Assembly: GCA_963740085.1 (NCBI GenBank)
Contig: CAVUCU010000007.1
Coordinates: 64,001 to 128,000, forward strand
DNA length: 64,000 nt
Origin: Nitrospirota bacterium
GTDB taxonomy: Bacteria > Nitrospirota > UBA9217
Direction of reading: 5' to 3'
The position numbers and the translations under genes are program-made. This document shows positions 60,468 through 64,000 of this stretch, one piece after another (position 1 is the stretch's first letter; every line of letters begins with the position of its first letter). A model generated the notes under the pieces. It saw only the letters and a program-made list of their open reading frames with translations, was not told where the DNA came from and searched no databases.

Positions 60468-61762
60468 GCGAAAAGACAGACACGCTCGAGGTGCTCATTG
60501 AAAAACTCGTCCACGGCGGCAGCGGGCTGGCGAGGCTGGACACAGGCCAGGCGGTCTTTGTTCCCGGTGTGCTGCCGGGAGAGCGGGTCTTCGTCACCAT
60601 CAGGAAAAAGCGAAAAGGCGTTTTAGAAGCCGCCCTCGTCAAGGTCCTCACACCGTCGAAAGACCGCATCACGCCGCCCTGTAATGGAGAAATAGAATGT
60701 ACCGGCGCAACCTGGGCGCACATCGCATACCCGTCCCAGCTTAGGCATAAGCAGGAGATCCTGCTCGACACGCTGAAAAAAATAGGTGGCATCGAGCCCG
60801 ATCGCCTTCTTCCGATACTCCCCTCGCCCCACACGGACCACTACCGGCTGCGGACTCAGTTCAATGTCCGGATGAAGGACAACCGGCAGCGCATCGGTTT
60901 TTTCCGCCAGGGTTCGTACGATCTCATTGAAGTGAACAATGCGTTCCTTATCCACCCCGTCATCGACGGGGTACTGAAGAACATCCGAACCCTTTCTGAC
61001 AGGCTCCCGTTGCTCACCGAACTCCATATCAACGCCTCGCCGACGGGAGAGGTGCATCTCCTGCTCTTCAGCGAACAGCCGCTTTTCCCTGCAATGGACC
61101 CCTTTTTCGCTGACCTGAAAAGAATCTCACCCGAAGTGATCGGCATGACCGGATTCGCGGGCAGAAAAAAGGTCTCAGCCCTCGGCAGGAACCAGCTCAC
61201 TCTCGAAATAGAAGGAATGACGCTCAAAGCCACTGAAGGGAATTTCTTTCAGGTAAACTGGGAGCAGAACAGGAACATGGTAAGGACAGTACTGGAATTT
61301 ACCGAACTCACGGGGAACGAGACCGTGCTCGACCTTTACTGCGGCATCGGCAACTTCTCCCTGCCGCTCGCGAAGAAAGCAAAGGCCGTGATCGGCATCG
61401 AATCGGGTTATTCGGCGATCGAGGACGCGAAGGCGAACGCTGAGTTGAATGGTGTTCCAAATGCGGAATTCATTGCCGACGATATGCAGAAGGGATTAAA
61501 GGCCCTGATCCAGAGGAAGCTGCGCGCCCAAGTGATCGTGCTCGACCCGCCGCGCGCCGGCGCTACAATCAAGACGCTCGAGCGCGTGCTCGCCTTTGTC
61601 CCTCAGAGGATCGTCTATGTCTCGTGCAATCCCTCGACGCTTGCACGGGACCTGAAATTCTTTCAACTCTTTGGCTTCCGCCTCGACCGTCTTCAGCCCG
61701 TGGACATGTTCCCCTATACCTATCATATTGAATGCGTGGCGGAAATGGTGAGGACGCAATAG
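60464..61762 (+). CDS. rlmD: 23S rRNA m5U methyltransferase RlmD family
   Basis: TRAM domain; FFQVN, DLYCGIG, LDPPRAG, YVSCNP, DMFP. Confidence 0.9.
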   Translation: MSEKTDTLEVLIEKLVHGGSGLARLDTGQAVFVPGVLPGERVFVTIRKKRKGVLEAALVKVLTPSKDRITPPCNGEIECTGATWAHIAYPSQLRHKQEILLDTLKKIGGIEPDRLLPILPSPHTDHYRLRTQFNVRMKDNRQRIGFFRQGSYDLIEVNNAFLIHPVIDGVLKNIRTLSDRLPLLTELHINASPTGEVHLLLFSEQPLFPAMDPFFADLKRISPEVIGMTGFAGRKKVSALGRNQLTLEIEGMTLKATEGNFFQVNWEQNRNMVRTVLEFTELTGNETVLDLYCGIGNFSLPLAKKAKAVIGIESGYSAIEDAKANAELNGVPNAEFIADDMQKGLKALIQRKLRAQVIVLDPPRAGATIKTLERVLAFVPQRIVYVSCNPSTLARDLKFFQLFGFRLDRLQPVDMFPYTYHIECVAEMVRTQ

Positions 61763-62327
61763 AAGCGGCAATTCTTTGAACCGACAGTCTTCCCCATCCG
61801 AGTAAAAAGTTAATATTGAACTTTGGTAATCACGAATAGATAAGGATGGGCGTAATTGTGGGTGTAGTAAGCCTAAAGTTATGGGTATATAACCCAACAC
61901 GCACTTTGCTTTTTACTGAGGCATGATGAAATGGTTTCGTTTAAGGGATATAATGTTTATAAATATTACAAAAAAATTACCAATTTTCCATTTATTGACC
62001 GTTCACAAAGGCAAAGAGAGGAGCCGGGCATTTAGATTATCGTGTAATTGATTCTTCAAAATTCTTTGATGCTGATATTAACTTTTTGTTTTTATTATAA
62101 TATTTATTCTCAGAAGTGGTTTCATTTATACACACGCTGTTTTTTCTTTCACTCCCCCATAATCCCCACGAATCCATATGTACGATTGTCGAACAAACTT
62201 ACACGAAAAAACATAATACTATTTTAGTACAAAATTCAATCAGTTCTGTTTTGGCAATTCTTTTGCATTTTAATTCCATAGAGAAAGAGATTGAGCAGGT
62301 AATGTAACCAAAGTTCGGTGAGTATCC

Positions 62328-62534
62328 ATGAGCAAGCAAGAATTCATTAAAATTACCCGGGAACAGGAAAAAGAGATCAACCATATTTTGAACGACAGCT
62401 CTCTTTACCTGAGCATGTCTGCGGCAGAGAGACGAAAGCTCATACACTATCTCGTATCATCTTACTTTAACCTTCTACCTGTTGAAAACCGTCGGGCCCT
62501 TCCCACGGCAATGCGCACCGGATCGGCGATGTAA
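62328..62534 (+). CDS. Small hypothetical protein
   Basis: 68-aa ORF after an AT-rich intergenic region; no recognisable motif. Confidence 0.4.
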   Translation: MSKQEFIKITREQEKEINHILNDSSLYLSMSAAERRKLIHYLVSSYFNLLPVENRRALPTAMRTGSAM

Positions 62535-62666
62535 ACCAGGATGCGTTACGTATTGCCCCTGGGAAATGAGTATATAATAAAGTGCCTTGTACCGTGAAAA
62601 TGGTTTGGCCTAAATGGGCAATACGCCCCCTGCCACACTCGCGGGCCCGAAACATTCGCCTCCCTT

Positions 62667-62709
62667 AATGTCGGAAGCTTTGAGTATGATCGCTTCCGAC
62701 ATTTTTTTA
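62667..62709 (+). terminator. Intrinsic terminator
   Basis: AATGTCGGAAGC...GCTTCCGACATT followed by a T-tract. Confidence 0.75.
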
Positions 62710-62762
62710 TTTCACCATCATCGCAAAGAACGATCCACTCTTCTCTCGTCTGCATGCAACTC

Positions 62763-63167
62763 TTAAACAAACGAGACCATGCGGGTAGCCGCGGAGAAAA
62801 CAAATACTCGATCCATATTGGATCCCGGATCGGCGGGAAAAACAAAGAATCCCGGCCGGCCCGGCTGATAGCCCTGCGTCGTTCCGACCAATTCCTCCCC
62901 GTCCTTGAATACCACCTTGATCTTTTTCCCCACAGCCGGCTTGACCGTGTCGAATGTTCTTTTCTCCTGGTATTGACTATCCCCGTCAAAGTCCTTCACA
63001 AAAAATACAGCCTTCAATACGTTGACGTAAACATCAAGCGGCTTGGAACCGGCCGGGGCGTCATACGGCAGGAGATGGAAAATGTCCTTGTTGGGCATGA
63101 AATTGCTCGTATAACCCTTTGATATGCGGCCGTCCTGATAACGAACGACGATCTTATTTTGTATCAT
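62763..63167 (-). CDS. Conserved hypothetical protein with an internal duplicated motif (DUF6982-like)
   Basis: KIVVRYQDG..SKG and KIKVVFKDGE.LVG repeats; LKAVFFVKDF. Confidence 0.65.
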   Translation of the reverse strand: MIQNKIVVRYQDGRISKGYTSNFMPNKDIFHLLPYDAPAGSKPLDVYVNVLKAVFFVKDFDGDSQYQEKRTFDTVKPAVGKKIKVVFKDGEELVGTTQGYQPGRPGFFVFPADPGSNMDRVFVFSAATRMVSFV

Positions 63168-63227
63168 AACGATCCTTTCTTCAGCTTCCAATAATGCATC
63201 GCCGGAATTCTGAAAAGAATGCCGTTT

Positions 63228-63896
63228 CTATCCGTCCAACGGTTCTATGCTTTCCGGCGAATCGTATTTAAAAGAGTTCACCTTTGGAGTAACAGGGAAT
63301 AATTCCATCTCCTCTGATGGGTAAGGATTCAATAGCCCGGGAAGAACTGAACTATCCTGAACCCTGGGATCCAGCCATAGGTCATATTTGTCCGCCGGGG
63401 CAATGACCGGCATCCGCTCGTGAATGGGCATGACCAACTGGTTCGCGCCGGTCGTTATGATCGTACTCATCGTGAGCAGTTCACCGTCCGGGGACCCCCA
63501 GGCGTTATACAGTCCGGCAAAGCCAAATGGCTTGTGTGACTTGAGCCTGACATAGAAAGGCTTCCTTGTCGTTCCTTCCTTTCGCCATTCGTAGAATCCA
63601 TCAGCCACCACAAGACACCGCTGTTTCTCGAAGGCCGATTTGAACGCCTTGCTGCTTGCAACGGTCTCCGCACGAGCATTGATCATCCCGTAGCTGGCAT
63701 CAAGGTCCTGGGACCAGGACGGCACAAAACCCCATCGGGACTTGATAAGCCTCCGTTTACCATCGTTGACGACGATCAGAATGTCCTGACTGGGCGCGAT
63801 GTTATAGTGGGGCGGATATTCAAGATCCCGGTCAGCGATCCCGAATATCTCCGCGATTACCTCAATGGCGCTATGTATCTCAAATCGTCCGCACAT
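63228..63896 (-). CDS. SOS response-associated peptidase (SRAP / HMCES / YedK)
   Basis: N-terminal MCGRF; YNIAPSQ, INARAET, GFYEW, IHERMP. Confidence 0.95.
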   Translation of the reverse strand: MCGRFEIHSAIEVIAEIFGIADRDLEYPPHYNIAPSQDILIVVNDGKRRLIKSRWGFVPSWSQDLDASYGMINARAETVASSKAFKSAFEKQRCLVVADGFYEWRKEGTTRKPFYVRLKSHKPFGFAGLYNAWGSPDGELLTMSTIITTGANQLVMPIHERMPVIAPADKYDLWLDPRVQDSSVLPGLLNPYPSEEMELFPVTPKVNSFKYDSPESIEPLDG

Positions 63897-63963
63897 AACC
63901 GGTCACCTAACCTGTTGTAAGTATAGCACGTTGCTGCAACCGCGCCCGGGATCCAGAAAACCC

Positions 63964-63993
63964 TTGACAGGTGAACGTTCGTTCACTTATACT
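63964..63993 (+). promoter_or_regulatory. Sigma70-like promoter with a palindromic operator in the spacer
   Basis: TTGACA-18 bp-TATACT containing GTGAACG-TT-CGTTCAC. Confidence 0.6.
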
Positions 63994-64000
63994 ATCTTCA

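Overview
Chromosomal window from a Gram-negative (LpxC, LptD), probably anaerobic bacterium; gene content suggests Nitrospirota or Desulfobacterota (inference only). In order: an integron-cassette-like stretch with two toxin-antitoxin modules and two degenerate attC-like sites (1-2000); TauE; a 2H phosphoesterase; a receiver-domain-LpxC fusion; a TPP-riboswitch thi operon (thiS-thiG-thiE-thiC-M23-thiD); cobU-cobT-cobS-cobC interrupted by a truncated four-helix-bundle gene; tRNA-Gly(CCC) with a ~1 kb AT-rich remnant carrying a variant c-di-GMP-I riboswitch and a promoter-proximal tRNA-minihelix-like copy; ferredoxin-trxA-tlpA; addBA; DegP; two Lpd-family genes; gcvH; rnfCDGEAB; nifU; arsR; csp; envelope genes (lptD, folC, murI, GerMN, amidase); DinG; kaiB-kaiC-PAS/GGDEF; galT-glgA-GAF kinase-response regulator-rlmD; and SRAP. 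The strongest novelty candidates are the REC-LpxC fusion, the tRNA-minihelix/hairpin/terminator RNA upstream of cobU, heptamer-repeat tracts at many gene junctions linked to a four-helix-bundle gene, and the KaiBC-diguanylate cyclase operon. Three single-base insertions (toxin, lpdA, rnfB) look like sequencing errors. All calls come from reading motifs by eye; no database searches were run.
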